From contig CM060734.1 in NCBI GenBank assembly GCA_030704615.1, positions 17,298,001 through 17,362,000 on the forward strand: DNA of 64,000 nt. The letters are read 5' to 3'. Origin of the DNA: Takakia lepidozioides (taxonomy: Eukaryota; Plantae; Bryophyta). The notes under the pieces were generated by a model that ran no database searches, had not been told where the DNA came from, and was given only the letters and a program-made list of their open reading frames with translations. This document shows, in pieces, positions 11,523 through 22,970 of this stretch. Each line of letters opens with the position of its first letter. Position 1 is the first letter of the stretch. A program made the position numbers and the translations under genes.

Positions 11523-14400
11523 TGTAGTGTGAATACAGGGAGTGACATTAAATTTTTGTCTTACTCACTGAGATTCTGCATTGCTACAAAGGAAGGGCCC
11601 TGGTACCAATGTGAAAATAGGTTGAGTTGTCCCTGCAATTTATTCCATACATGTTTCTTGGTTACATCATGGGAACGATGGGGGACTATTGGCCAGGATG
11701 AAGATGCTCAATTTATTTCATACATGCTATGGGCGGAATTCATCCCTGCCTACAGGTTATTTCATGGGCACACTATGCTGATACTTTGCCAGGATGAAAG
11801 TGGCTAAGTCGTGACCAGACGTATTTTCATCCGGAGGATGAATGGATTACATCCATGCTCTCTGGATGATTCCCAGGAACGAGGACGAAGGATCCAGTGC
11901 CAAGGATGCAATGAATTCGTGAAAATGGATGACTTTCATCACTGGTGATTACCCTAGAAACGCGAGACGAGGAAGACGAAGGGGAAGATGACGGGCGCTC
12001 TGAGCAGATGCTGCGAACAGTGGAATTGGCAGGGCATTGTGTCAAGGGCGAATGCATCTACATTGGGGCATTCTGGCTTGCATTAAGAGAAGTGTTAATG
12101 TAGAGTTTAAGGGCACAGCTTGGTAATCTGTGCAGCAGGGGAAGCGGTGCCCCTTTTTTGGTAATGATCAATTTCTGGAGGATATGCTTACAGGGAGATC
12201 GGTGTGGCATGCGATGGAGCAATCAGTTAACAGGTGGTGCAGTTGCTGCTATGATGAATGGGTAGCTTAGGGCTTGCTGGAGGACAATTGTGCAGGGAAC
12301 AGCTTGGAAGAGTTGTGCTCAAGCCAGGTGAAGGGAGGCGGTGCTGTCACGAATCTTGTGCAACCACCAGAGCCGCCATTGCCTTGATGAACATGATCAT
12401 GAGAGGATGAGCATGCAAGGGAAACGACCAGCTGCCAGAGAACAGGGAGGTGGGGTTGCTGGCACAATCAATGGAGAGTTAGGATGAAGAGCAGCTCGAC
12501 ATAACGAGCATCTGCCAAAGCGAATGAGGGATTGGCTTGTGGATGGTGACTCAGGTTATCTGTAAATAAGGAGGTAAAGAGTGGAATGTATAGATGCAGG
12601 AAGCTTTCAGACGATCACTGTCTTCTTGTTATAAGATCATATCAGATCTTAGGGTAGATTTGCTTAGATAGTGAGATAGGGTAGTTAGTTGGCAAGCTAC
12701 AGGGGTGTTGCCATAGGCTGAAGCAGGGCCGTCATGACTTAATGAACGCTGGAATCGTCAAATCCAGACGACAAGAGGAGTTAAGGTAGCTGCTGACGGA
12801 GATGGTGAGGTGCCATTTTGGGCAAGCAGACCCACCGCTTAACGAGGTATTCAAATGAGATGGTTAAAAAAAAAAAAAGGGTTGTTAGATGGTGCCCTGT
12901 AAAGGGCTGCATTGTCTTTCAATGACAATGACCTCAGTGGTCTTGTCCATGTCCTGACATGACATGTATATCTTCCCTCTCTTTATCTGATCAGTGTACT
13001 TAGTGGTTTTTGTACACACCATCTACCCTTCTCCTTTCCTGTTTCACCTTCTCATTTTGATGTACTAACAATGTTTTTTGAAGGGCCTTGGCAGATAGGC
13101 AACAAACACATTCCAAACTGGAATGATGAACGAGTATAAGAGAGATAAGTTCGCAGATACCAGGCTTCTTCTTTTTGGCACTTAGGAATCGTTGTTGTGA
13201 AATTTTGGTAGAGACTCTCAAACTGAGAGCGTGATGAGGACAGGAAAAAGACTTTGAGAAATGGAATGGGGACTCTGGACTTCAAACCAGGATGGGGTGG
13301 AGATGAATGGATCTGATGCACATGTCTGTAGGAGTGTTGATTGAGGGCAGATGTAGTTCACCCACAGTGACAGAATGCTTGCTGTTTGTTTTTTTTTGTT
13401 CCTTTGGCTTCAGTATCATGAATCTGCATATAATGCGGCTCTGGGATTTTGATGATTAGATGTAATGCAATCCAGTGTAGTTGATGTGAGCACTAGTGAG
13501 GGTTAGCTATAACCTCTTTGAAATCAGAAAGAGGAAGAGGTGGATGGGGTTGCAAACTGACACTGATGTGGAGTTTAGAACTGGTTCAGAGTGGACTCAG
13601 CATTTGAACTCTGTGGTTCAAATCTGAAAGGGCAAGTGAGCTGTTGGGGTGTTTGATGCAGATCTGTAGAAGGTTGGGATCTGACTGACAAACTGGGTTG
13701 TCCTGGAGGCAAACAGTGTGAGAGGGTCTGTTTTGGGTGAGAGAAAGACTGATGGAAGAGCTGATCATGTCTTGTGTGACCAAGGTTTGATTCCAAGGCT
13801 GGATTCACTGGATACATGGCTGAATGTGTTTGCATTGTATGTAGATAGGCTGCTGGTTGGAAGAAAATGAGCCAGGGAATTTTACAACAGGAAAGAGAGA
13901 GAAAATGTTTGGGAAGGGAGAGAGCTGCTCAGTAAAAGGGGTAATGAGGGATGGTCAACTGGGAGATAGAGGAAAAACCATGACATCTGCAGAGAATCAC
14001 TAGGCCTGTAATTCATGGCAGATCTGAGTTGCCTTCCTCTTAGCAGTGATCTCATTACAAAAGGGGTTTCGACGTGAGTTGCTCAAGGGTGATGCCCACA
14101 TGGGCTGCATTTAGCTCCGTCATAGGGCTGGTTGTATCACTGAAAACATCACAGCAGCACCATTGGTGCTGCAATTGTATAAAGATTGTGTAAATTATGA
14201 ACAAGAAGGATTCAATACCCATCCATGTCTTCTCTTCCGCTGCGGCGTGGATGAGGATTTATGAACTCTGATCATGAATGATAGGAGGGAAACCCATAAC
14301 CGTGTGCCGCTGGTAGATTGCTAGGTTGTTTTTTTTACTGGAAGAAGCACAGTTAGAATTACACATAAGGGGATTTATGCCCCCTTCTTTTCACACTACA
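11523..14400 (-). mobile_element. Non-coding element with 11-bp terminal inverted repeats (TGTAGTGTGAA/TTCACACTACA), copy 1; solo LTR or non-autonomous DNA transposon
   Basis: Perfect 4-bp TSD CTAG (11519-11522 / 14401-14404). Inverted near-duplicate of 25737-28381. Inserted in the LTR of A copy 2. Confidence 0.9.
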
Positions 14401-14879
14401 CTAGTCCAAGTCTACCATCCGTAAGTCTGTGAAAAAATTAAGGGTACACCACAAAACCCATAAAAGTGTCTAAGTCCCAGACAGCCATCTAACATGCCCT
14501 TGGTTGAGGAACACTCATAATCCCTATACACAGGCCTGTCTTTGTGAAGGCTGTGTTGACAAGATAAAAGGTAACCTAGAAACTTTGTACTCTGTTTTGC
14601 ACAGCATGTTTCGTGCTAAGCCATTGTTCATTCTTGGCATGGGAGGAGAGATTGTAGGCATTTTATCCTTCTGGTATTTCAAGACCAAGGATAAAAATAC
14701 AATGTAGAGGGAGAGCTTTACGTGAAGGGGTCTGGTATGCACTCCCTTACGGGGTGAGTGCATACCACACTCACTCCGTAAAGGATTGCCATACCAGGGG
14801 TTGGATGGCGGGAGCCCTCTCTCTCCCTCTCTCCAGATACCTGTTTGGGATTTTAACCATTTTTCCAATACTATACCTA

Positions 14880-15757
14880 GTGTGGAATTTTTACAATCCC
14901 TAATGGATCTAGTAGGGTTTCATCCATAATGGATGGAAACCTTAAGAAAAAACGTACATCTCGGAGTTCAACACAAGGAGTGACTCGTTGGCTGCTTTGT
15001 ATTCGTTCACGGTTCTGTATGGCATATGTACTGGCCACGGCTCTCCATACGGTATACAAGGTGGTAGTGTCGACATCCAAATTCGTGGTGGTCGAAACGT
15101 GGCTGTGCCCTGAACTCGTACTGCCGCCTGTTTCATTACATGCTGATCCACCGTGGTATCATGATGGATGTAGTACGCGTTGGAGGTTTCACGCTCTTCA
15201 TCTGCGGTTTGGTCTTCCTCATTGGCGTATAAGGCATGGATGAGGGCTCTCTCATGTATCCCTTTATAGCCCTTTAAGTTGTTGATATTTATTCATCCCA
15301 CAAATTCTTGTTCCAGGGTCTGTAAATCGACCGTTCCATTGTCATGTACCTTTTTTATTTGAAAAGGTCCCATCCATGGCATTCTTAATTTTCCTCCTAG
15401 TTTAATCTTTTTGATTTTTGGCAGCCACAAAACGATTTCTCCGTCCTGGAAAGATTTATCTTTCCCTTCTGATATTCTCTTCTTTCGTTGTTCTTGAATT
15501 CGTGCCATGTTATCTGCAGCGTCTGCCCGAACCTCTTCTAGATGGAACAACTCATGTTCCTTGACTCGTAAAGATTCTTCTAAACCCCATCGTACATGAG
15601 TCTCGGTTTGTAGTGTAGGTATCATGCATTCAATGGGTAAGAGTGCCTCTGCTCCATACACCAATTGGAATGGTGTATGTTTCGTGGTCACCTTGTATGA
15701 AGTTCGGAATGCCCATAGTGCAGTGTTCATCTTGGTATCCCAATCTGTTCGATTGTT
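14880..15757 (-). pseudogene. Fragment of a family B-like gypsy element: integrase C-terminus plus downstream region
   Basis: ORF 15293-15730 ([22 protein letters not shown]...WMGPF) and clear nucleotide similarity to ~22660-23450. Confidence 0.88.
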
Positions 15758-16392
15758 TCAGGGCAGCGGTTGATATGGAAACAGAGACACTAAGGGTCAG
15801 GTATGGTCATGGGCTCAACGTGGCTTAGTTTCCACTTCCCACCATGAATCAATTGCCAGATCAATCTAACCATTGGATCAATTGGATCAATTCACCACAT
15901 CAATCACGGCACGGTGGATCAATTCACCAGACCAATTGGATCCAATATGGTGAATTGAGGCCTATCTCCGCTATCTGGCAATTGCCCTACCGAGGCACCA
16001 ATAATTTTTTTGAGAGACACCCGTTGGAAGTTGTCGGGTACACCAAACCCGTTCGTCAATCCAACGTTTTTTTGTGTTCCTTCTTTTCTGCCAGATAGCG
16101 GCGATAGGCCTCAATTCGGATTTGCACTTCTAGTGGAGCATGGAAGAACCAATGTCGGAGGCGTTTGATTTTGCTTCGAAGGTCATAACAACTCTTTCCC
16201 TGATCCTGACATTCTCATACTTGTTCGCTTTATGCGTTAGCCAATGAAAACAATAAAATGGATGTGATGCAGTCTGAATGGTTTAAATACAACAAGGCAT
16301 AACCATAGTCTGTAACTGCATCCTAATCCTGCTGAAATCAACTAGACTCTCAAGACCTCTCACCCTAGAGGTTCGTGAGATCTCAGTACTAA

Positions 16393-18325
16393 TCACTCGG
16401 CTCCTTGAGGGCTACCGGATACTGGATCGTCCTCCTCTGAGGAGGTATACTCTAAAGGTCCACTCGGGGCACTATCCACCGAGGAAGTCGCATATACCAC
16501 TTGGAATGGCAAGCGAGGATAAGGCCGGGGAACTCTCAGGCCAAAAGGAAAAGCCACCGGTTGTGCTGGATCCGGTGGGACAGACCTACGAACTGCAGGA
16601 AATGATGCAATGAAAGAACTCTCTGCTGGGCGATCCCTCACTGTATCTACTAAGGAGAGTGACCCGGATGCAATCAACTCACGGATAAGAGCTGCTGGTG
16701 TGGTACCCCCACTACAACAGATCGCGGTATTTATGACTGTATATATGACTATTCTGCAGTCATAAACGGTACATATGACTTCTATGACTGTAAGTCGAAC
16801 CAAGTCAATACAGTGAGTACATGATGGTACGGTCCGGATGACTACAGTCATATGAACCAAGTGATATCTCTCACTGCAGTCATATATACCATACTGCAGC
16901 CGCCGCTGCCGCGCCACGTGGCGAGGCGCAATTGATTTAAAAAATTAAATTAAATTAAAAAAACTAAAAAACTAAAAACATATGTCAAACGCCGCGTTGC
17001 ACCGCATTGTGCCACGTGGCATAATATATTTTTATAATAATGAAAAAACCACGTGGCAAACATCTAGGGTACCACGTGCTATCCCTAGCTCGCCTACTAA
17101 CCCTAGGGCCATCTTATCCATTTGATTGTACTTAGAGGAGTTTGAACCTGCAACCTCTTTACTATAAGAGTTATAGTTCACTACCTGTTAACCAATACAC
17201 CAGGCCTTGACCTTTAGGCAATCCCCTGAGCAGTAGTTATTTTTGGGCTGCTATTGTATGTAGCTGGTTGTTAGTTTAACACTTCTAAGGAGTTTTAATA
17301 TATACTTCTATGTATTTGGGAGTTGGGATGACAATTCAAGGTGGGAGATCATGTTCGGCTACTTGATGTCAACAGCAGTCATTCATATGATCATATGGTG
17401 TTTTAATTGTATTATACACATCAAATTACAAAATCCCCAGTAGTCATCATGACTATGTAACCTCATCCATGTACACTGTAGTCATGGAAATGACTATGAA
17501 TGGTGAGCTAAATTTGGTCAATTGTCGTTGACCAGCCTTCCGCCCATTCCGGAGCCATGTAGTCATATAGACGACTATTTAGATAGTCGTTCATATGACT
17601 ACAGTCGTATGAACGACTGCGGGATGTCAATTTCATATAAAAACATGGTACAGTCATGGTCAAAGTCATGAAAACCATGACTACCACGGTTTGGCAGTCA
17701 TAACTACCGCGATCTGTTGTAGTGCCCGATGGTAGTATCGGGGAGGCAAGAACGGCCGACAGGCTCTCCTCGGATGCGGAAGACTCTCGCCCTCGAACCC
17801 GTCCTCTCCTGGGCCGAACCCAATCAGCCAATCCACTAAGGCGGGGCGATGACCACATATGGTACGGCCGACGCACTGCCTCAATGGTGCTGATCGCTGT
17901 ACGACCCTACTACGGGTGTACACCAACGTGTCGGTGATAGTGCGGCACAATGCACAACAAGCCAGGTAAGACACCTGCCACGCCAGATGGACCTCAAGGG
18001 CCGAGTCAAAATGAATATAAGCGAGAAAAGGTGGCTGGCAACAACCGGGCCAACGTGTGTTGAACCGGAAAAACGTAGAGATGGGAGCCGTCTGGGCTCC
18101 AGGGCCTCGGGGTCCAGCCCGGGCGGAAATCCAATAACTGCGGTACTCCTCCGCAATGGCCAAGATGCGTCGTCGCATCAAGTTCCTGCAAATAACTGTG
18201 GCCTCAGTGGCCGGTACGTCTCCAGATCTCGTGCTGGAAATAATGCGATAGAGTCCGATCACCTGGTACTCAAAGGAATGCTCACGACAAGGGGAAGCCG
18301 ACGATGCAGCCATACTGCCACTCAA
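16393..18325 (-). pseudogene. Orphan GC-rich reading frame split by a CACTA insertion; product unknown
   Basis: ORFs 17681-18325, 17508-17876 and 16393-16917 join into one peptide once 16710-17724 is removed and one frameshift is allowed. No recognisable domain. Confidence 0.35.
16710..17724. mobile_element. Non-autonomous CACTA (EnSpm) element, 1015 bp
   Basis: TIRs CACTACAACAGATCGCGGTA / TACCGCGATCTGTTGTAGTG, 3-bp TSD CCC, subterminal ATGACT/AGTCAT repeats and an AT-rich non-coding interior. Confidence 0.93.
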
Positions 18326-18484
18326 TGGAAGCCATGAGGTTAGTGTTAGAGGGCTGTCTGGGACTTACACACTTTTATGGGTTTTGTGGGGTACCCTTTA
18401 TTTTTGCGCAGACTTACGGATGGTAGACTTAGACCAATAGAGGCCTTAGAGGTGACAGGCGCAGGCTTTAGGATGGGGGGACGG

Positions 18485-19267
18485 TATGCTTTCAGAAACG
18501 ATTACGAAGTAATCATTTTAAGGATAGCTAAACCATGAACGTCGGATGAAGCCATATCCCTGCAGGCTGCTTAATCCTTTTGATTAAGCCCAATCTACAG
18601 TATCTTAAGCATAAAAGATCTTAGTCGAAAGGACTAAAGCCTCTTGGTTCCTACAAGCAGATGGTAATCAAGAGAAAACAAGAACTATTTTGAGATGATA
18701 CACATTCTCACCATCTCATGTTCTCTCATAATGCACATTCCCTCCATCTCACATTCACTCTACACAGAGATACTTCGAATAGCATGGCTTTACTTCAGAG
18801 CTCGTCACATCATCACAGAATCACTCTGAGTCCCTCTAAATACACATTGATCACTGATACTCACACTACACACCCTCTAAGTTGCGTGCAACCTTTTTAT
18901 ACTATGCTCGAAAGAGCCGTTACAGCCTGCGGTCGTTAATGACCGTTTGCCTAACTGCCTACGCAACCAAAAAGGTTTGCTAAAAAGTGGCTCGTTGTAG
19001 TGGTCGTGAGCCATAGTGGTAAACGGTCCACTACTCCCTCTATTGGTTAAAGCCGATGCTAATGTGACCGTGTGATATCGTGGTTCACGGCTCACGGTTA
19101 CTACACTACCCACTACTGCTCTCGTGGTAATGTTCCCTTGTCCCGCCATTGGCTAAGTAGCGTACTTAGCCGTCTCTGCCTGTGGCTCAGGTAGTGTACG
19201 TCCATCACTACCCGGTATGTCCCGTTGTGACCCTCGTTGTCTGTCCCTCGTAGCATAGCCGTTATCA
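18485..19267 (-). repeat. 3' LTR of element B (outer ~85 bp missing)
   Basis: Begins TGATAACGG on the minus strand after the G-rich PPT. Direct repeat of ~32200-32273 + 46095-46592 + 50172-50379. Confidence 0.9.
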
Positions 19268-19272
19268 TTTAT

Positions 19273-19288
19273 CCCCCCCCCCCCCCCG
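19273..19288 (-). promoter_or_regulatory. Polypurine tract of element B
   Basis: G15 run on the minus strand, 5 nt before the 3' LTR. Confidence 0.85.
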
Positions 19289-19473
19289 TCTTTTGAAATT
19301 GTGTCCACACAATTTCGTCAGTTCCTGTACTTGCTGTATCTCTTGGGGATGTAAGGTGGTGGCATGCCTGTCTGCGGGGTAGGAAGTGCGTCCCAGGATT
19401 GTCGTGGTGGCTGCTTCTTGTTCCTGTTATCGTCACTGTCTGGTTGCTCCTCTGGTTCGTGAGTAGGCCAACT

Positions 19474-22330
19474 TTATTCATCAGGGTGTTCTGCTATCCC
19501 GTCCCCACGTACCATATCGATTTTGTTGGTCAAGGTTTCGCGGTAGGTTTGCAGCTCCTCCTTGGTCCAGGGTATAATGTGTTTTGTTGCCCTGCTACCC
19601 ATTAACCAGTTAATAGCTTGGACCCCTGTTTCTCTGAAAGGGTGGTCTCTGTCCAATACCAATGGTGAAAAGTGGTCCTTCGCTTGGCGCCATGCTTCAG
19701 CATACAGTGGCCTATTCATATATGCTGAAGTGCCTGTGACTCTCTCTGGTGGCTGGAATTTGGGTTATTCCGAGTGAGTATCTTTTTCAATACTCTCATA
19801 GCGCTGCCAGCTTCCCCTCGTTGTCACGAACATGCGGTACAAGTAACTGCCGATATAAAAACTTGGGCATCCCATCACAATGGTTACTGCCGGGGTAGGA
19901 TTAATCTTCAATTGCCCCACTGCCCACATATAAGCTACCAGCTCCTTGTATTCCAGAGGAGCTTGGCTCCAAAATTCAACCAATTCTACCCCTGACCATG
20001 TCTCCTCCTTAGCCAGTGGTCTCATCCTATATCTCAGAGGAATAAGAGTTTGATTGAGCAGATGCAATTGACCCAATGATTTGCAGGGAGTTAAGGTTTT
20101 GAAAACCTTCTCCAGTATTTCTGGGATTTGGTGGGCTGGTACTACCATCATTTTAAAGTATTCCTCTGAATACTTTAACCACTCTCCATCCTGCTTGCAT
20201 GGCATGATTTGGAAATCATCCACTGCTACTGAAGTTGATGCTACCAGGACACTTGGTAGTGTTACAGGGTTTACCTCTTGAGTAGATGGCCCTGCTGTGG
20301 CCTGTACCAGTGTCTGTTGCTTGGGTGTTTGTGTTGGTGTTGTTGTTGTTGATTGTATTGGTGTCTCTCGTTCGTGATCTTGCTCCTCTTGATCCTCTTC
20401 GTCAATGAGTTCCTCTTGTTCTGGAATTGGTGGCAGGAACTCCTCATGAATATCTGTCAACAATTTCGCCAACTGGCACTTCATCTGCCTCACCATTGCC
20501 ATGTTGAGTTTCTTCATCTCCAATTCACTCCCTTCATTCAACCAAGCTCTAGCTAAGGCTGCGTCTGATGCATCCAACCCTGCTTGCAATGTCAGCTTCT
20601 CCAGCTGCTGCTTCCATTCTTGTTCATTGCCCATGGCAATGTCTCTTTCTGTGTTGGCGGTAAACAGCCTACTCTCAGCATTCTCCCTTTGCTTCAGCAG
20701 TGTAGTGTTGCTGTTGAGCCACTTGGTTCCCTGATCTCTGGCAGTCCTCAGCTGCCCCTTGAGTGTCTCCACCTGTTGCTTTAATGTTTGCACCTGCCAT
20801 GTGAGTGTTTCCACCTCTGTCTCTATTTTTCGAGATCTCTCTCGCTTTGCATTGAGGTCGGCTTGGACATGGCGTGTTTCGTCTCTCTGTCTTTCCCACT
20901 TTTGCTCCCACTCATCTTTGCGTTGTGCCAATGTGTTGTATTGGCGGAGTAAGGTCGACTTTTGATCTTCTAATGCTGCAATTGTAACCTCATGGTTACA
21001 TATTGTTCTTGCAGTGGCCAATTCCCTCTGGTGCTTCTCTTTGATGTGGTCTAAGATCATATTCAGGTTTTCCGGGCTGATATAATCCTTGGCCCTGTCC
21101 ATACAAACTGTTAGTTACCCCAATGTTTGTATTGCCTGCAGAATGACATTTTGTGGTGCTTCCTCCAACCATGTGTCCCATGCTGTTGTATCTAAAACTT
21201 GTTGTGCTAGTAGTAATTCCAAATTGGAATTTCTGTCTTGCTACAGCTGACTCGGTGCCTCTTGCACCATCTGCTGTTGCTGTTGATCGGGTGCATGTTG
21301 CACTATCTGCTGTTGCTGCTGGTCGGATGCCTGTTGCACTATCTGCTGTTGCTGCGCCACTATGTCTCCTTCCTCTAATTGCGTGGCCTCTGTGTGTGCT
21401 GCTTGCTGTGCTTCGGTGTTGCCATGGCTAATTTCCATGGGCGTTGCTTCGTTGGTCTGTGGTTTGTTCCCTCCTTCTGGCTGTTGATTCTCCCCTTCTC
21501 TCTGTAATAGGGAATCAGCCGTCGAGTTGATGATGTCCTCTGCTGCTGCACTTGTGGTTGCTTCGTTGATCCGGGCTCTCTTTGCAAGTCCGCCCTCTTC
21601 TTCTTCCCGACATGCTGCTGTCTCACTTCCTTCTTCCTCCATTGTGTCTACCCGTTGCATGATTCCCAACATCACTTGCTCTTAGGCCGTTAGGTGTACA
21701 GTGTGTTGAATCATCTGGAGTAACAATGGAGTTGCCATGGTAATAGTCACTTCCTTCTTCTTCTTTGTCAACCTAGTCAGTTCTTGAGTTAACTTCTTCA
21801 ATAAGAAGCTTGCCCAATTCACGATTTGCCCATTGAAGCAAATCAACACTTGGTCGATTAGCTCCTTGGTACAGTAGCTACGGTTTTGCCTGAGGCAAAG
21901 CAATGTGCTAAGTACTGGGGCTTTCTTCCTGAAGCCATGGTTTTTGGTGTGGCTGCATGTGTAGCCTTGATCTGCTTGGTTGAGATTCTCAAACAAATCT
22001 GCAAGTACAAACCTTGGAGGTTTGCCGATGTGCGGTGGTATGTCTAGACTGGGAAGGTGAAATACTTCCGCCAAGTACTTCTCTGACAGCAGGATGTGCG
22101 TGTCGTCGACATTTGTGCTCCGAGTGCTGGTGTTGTAATTCTCCAAGAACTCCCTACATAGCTCGTCGTGCTTCAGGTTCCAGTCCAGCGTGGTGATGAA
22201 GTATCGCAGGCCAAGACTGTCCAACGTCTCCTGTGTCTCTATGTCCTGCTCGATCTTCCGCAACGCTGGGCTGATTTTGAAATTGACTTGCGCATAAAAA
22301 CTTGGTGCCTTCCGCTTGGTGCCTGCCATT
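19474..22330 (-). pseudogene. Extra 3' ORF(s) of element B: Athila-type 'putative plant transposon protein'-like N-terminus, Q/E-rich linker, long coiled coil
   Basis: ELCREFLENY...LAEVFHLP resembles Athila 3' ORF proteins. ORFs 21682-22749, 21241-21675, 19765-21102 and 19474-19719 lie in tandem in sense orientation, separated by stops or frameshifts. Confidence 0.6.
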
Positions 22331-22970
22331 TCTCTTAGTCTCGCGGTTGCTGTAAGGAATTGGAGCACCAATTCCTGTATCACAAGAAGTATGAAGCGAT
22401 TTGATTTGTTTTGTTTAAAACTGATGGTCGTTGATGATTGTCTAGTTTTGGTCAGTTTATGTTCATCCCTCTGAGCTGCGTTCATCCACTTTGGTATGTG
22501 GTCCGTTTTTAGATGGGCGGTGTTGGCGCAGTACTTGCAGCTTGGTTTAATGGCTTTGCCCTTATCGTCCGCCATCTTTTGGCAATCCGTTGGATTGCGC
22601 CGTCGTTCCGCCTCTGTGTTATGATCGAAGGGTAGTGGTGTATGATTACCACTGTCGGTGGGGGGTACATCTCGGAATTTAACACAAGCAGTGACTCGTT
22701 GGCCGTTTCGTATTCGTTCACTGTTCTGTAGGGCATCTGTGCTGGCCACGGTTCACCATACGGTATACGGGGTGGTAATGTTGTCCTCCGGATAAATGGT
22801 GGTCTAGCCGTCATGGTGCCCTGAATTCGTGTTGCCACCTGTCTTATTACATGCTGATTAACCGTGTCGTGATGAATGTAGTAGGCATTGGTGGTTTCGC
22901 GCTCCTCCTCTTCAGTTTGATCTTTCTCGTTGGCGTATAAGTCATGTATAAGGGCTTTGTCATGTATTCC

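Larger units (their letters stand above)
7231..14494 (-). mobile_element. Ty3/gypsy family A copy 2, truncated after protease; LTR 10668-14494 interrupted by a 2.9-kb insertion
   Basis: LTR terminus TGTTAGATGG at 14494, PBS 10648-10665, extra ORF, gag 8216-10104 and protease ~7234-8164. Confidence 0.9.

Noticed and set aside
11529-14707. Short ORFs within the TGT...ACA element and antisense ORFs over gag/pol throughout the window
   Set aside because: They are short, lack motifs, are not preserved in the diverged copy, or are antisense shadows of real coding frames.
19474-22330. Retroviral-type env gene
   Set aside because: No signal peptide, furin site or clear transmembrane anchor is visible.
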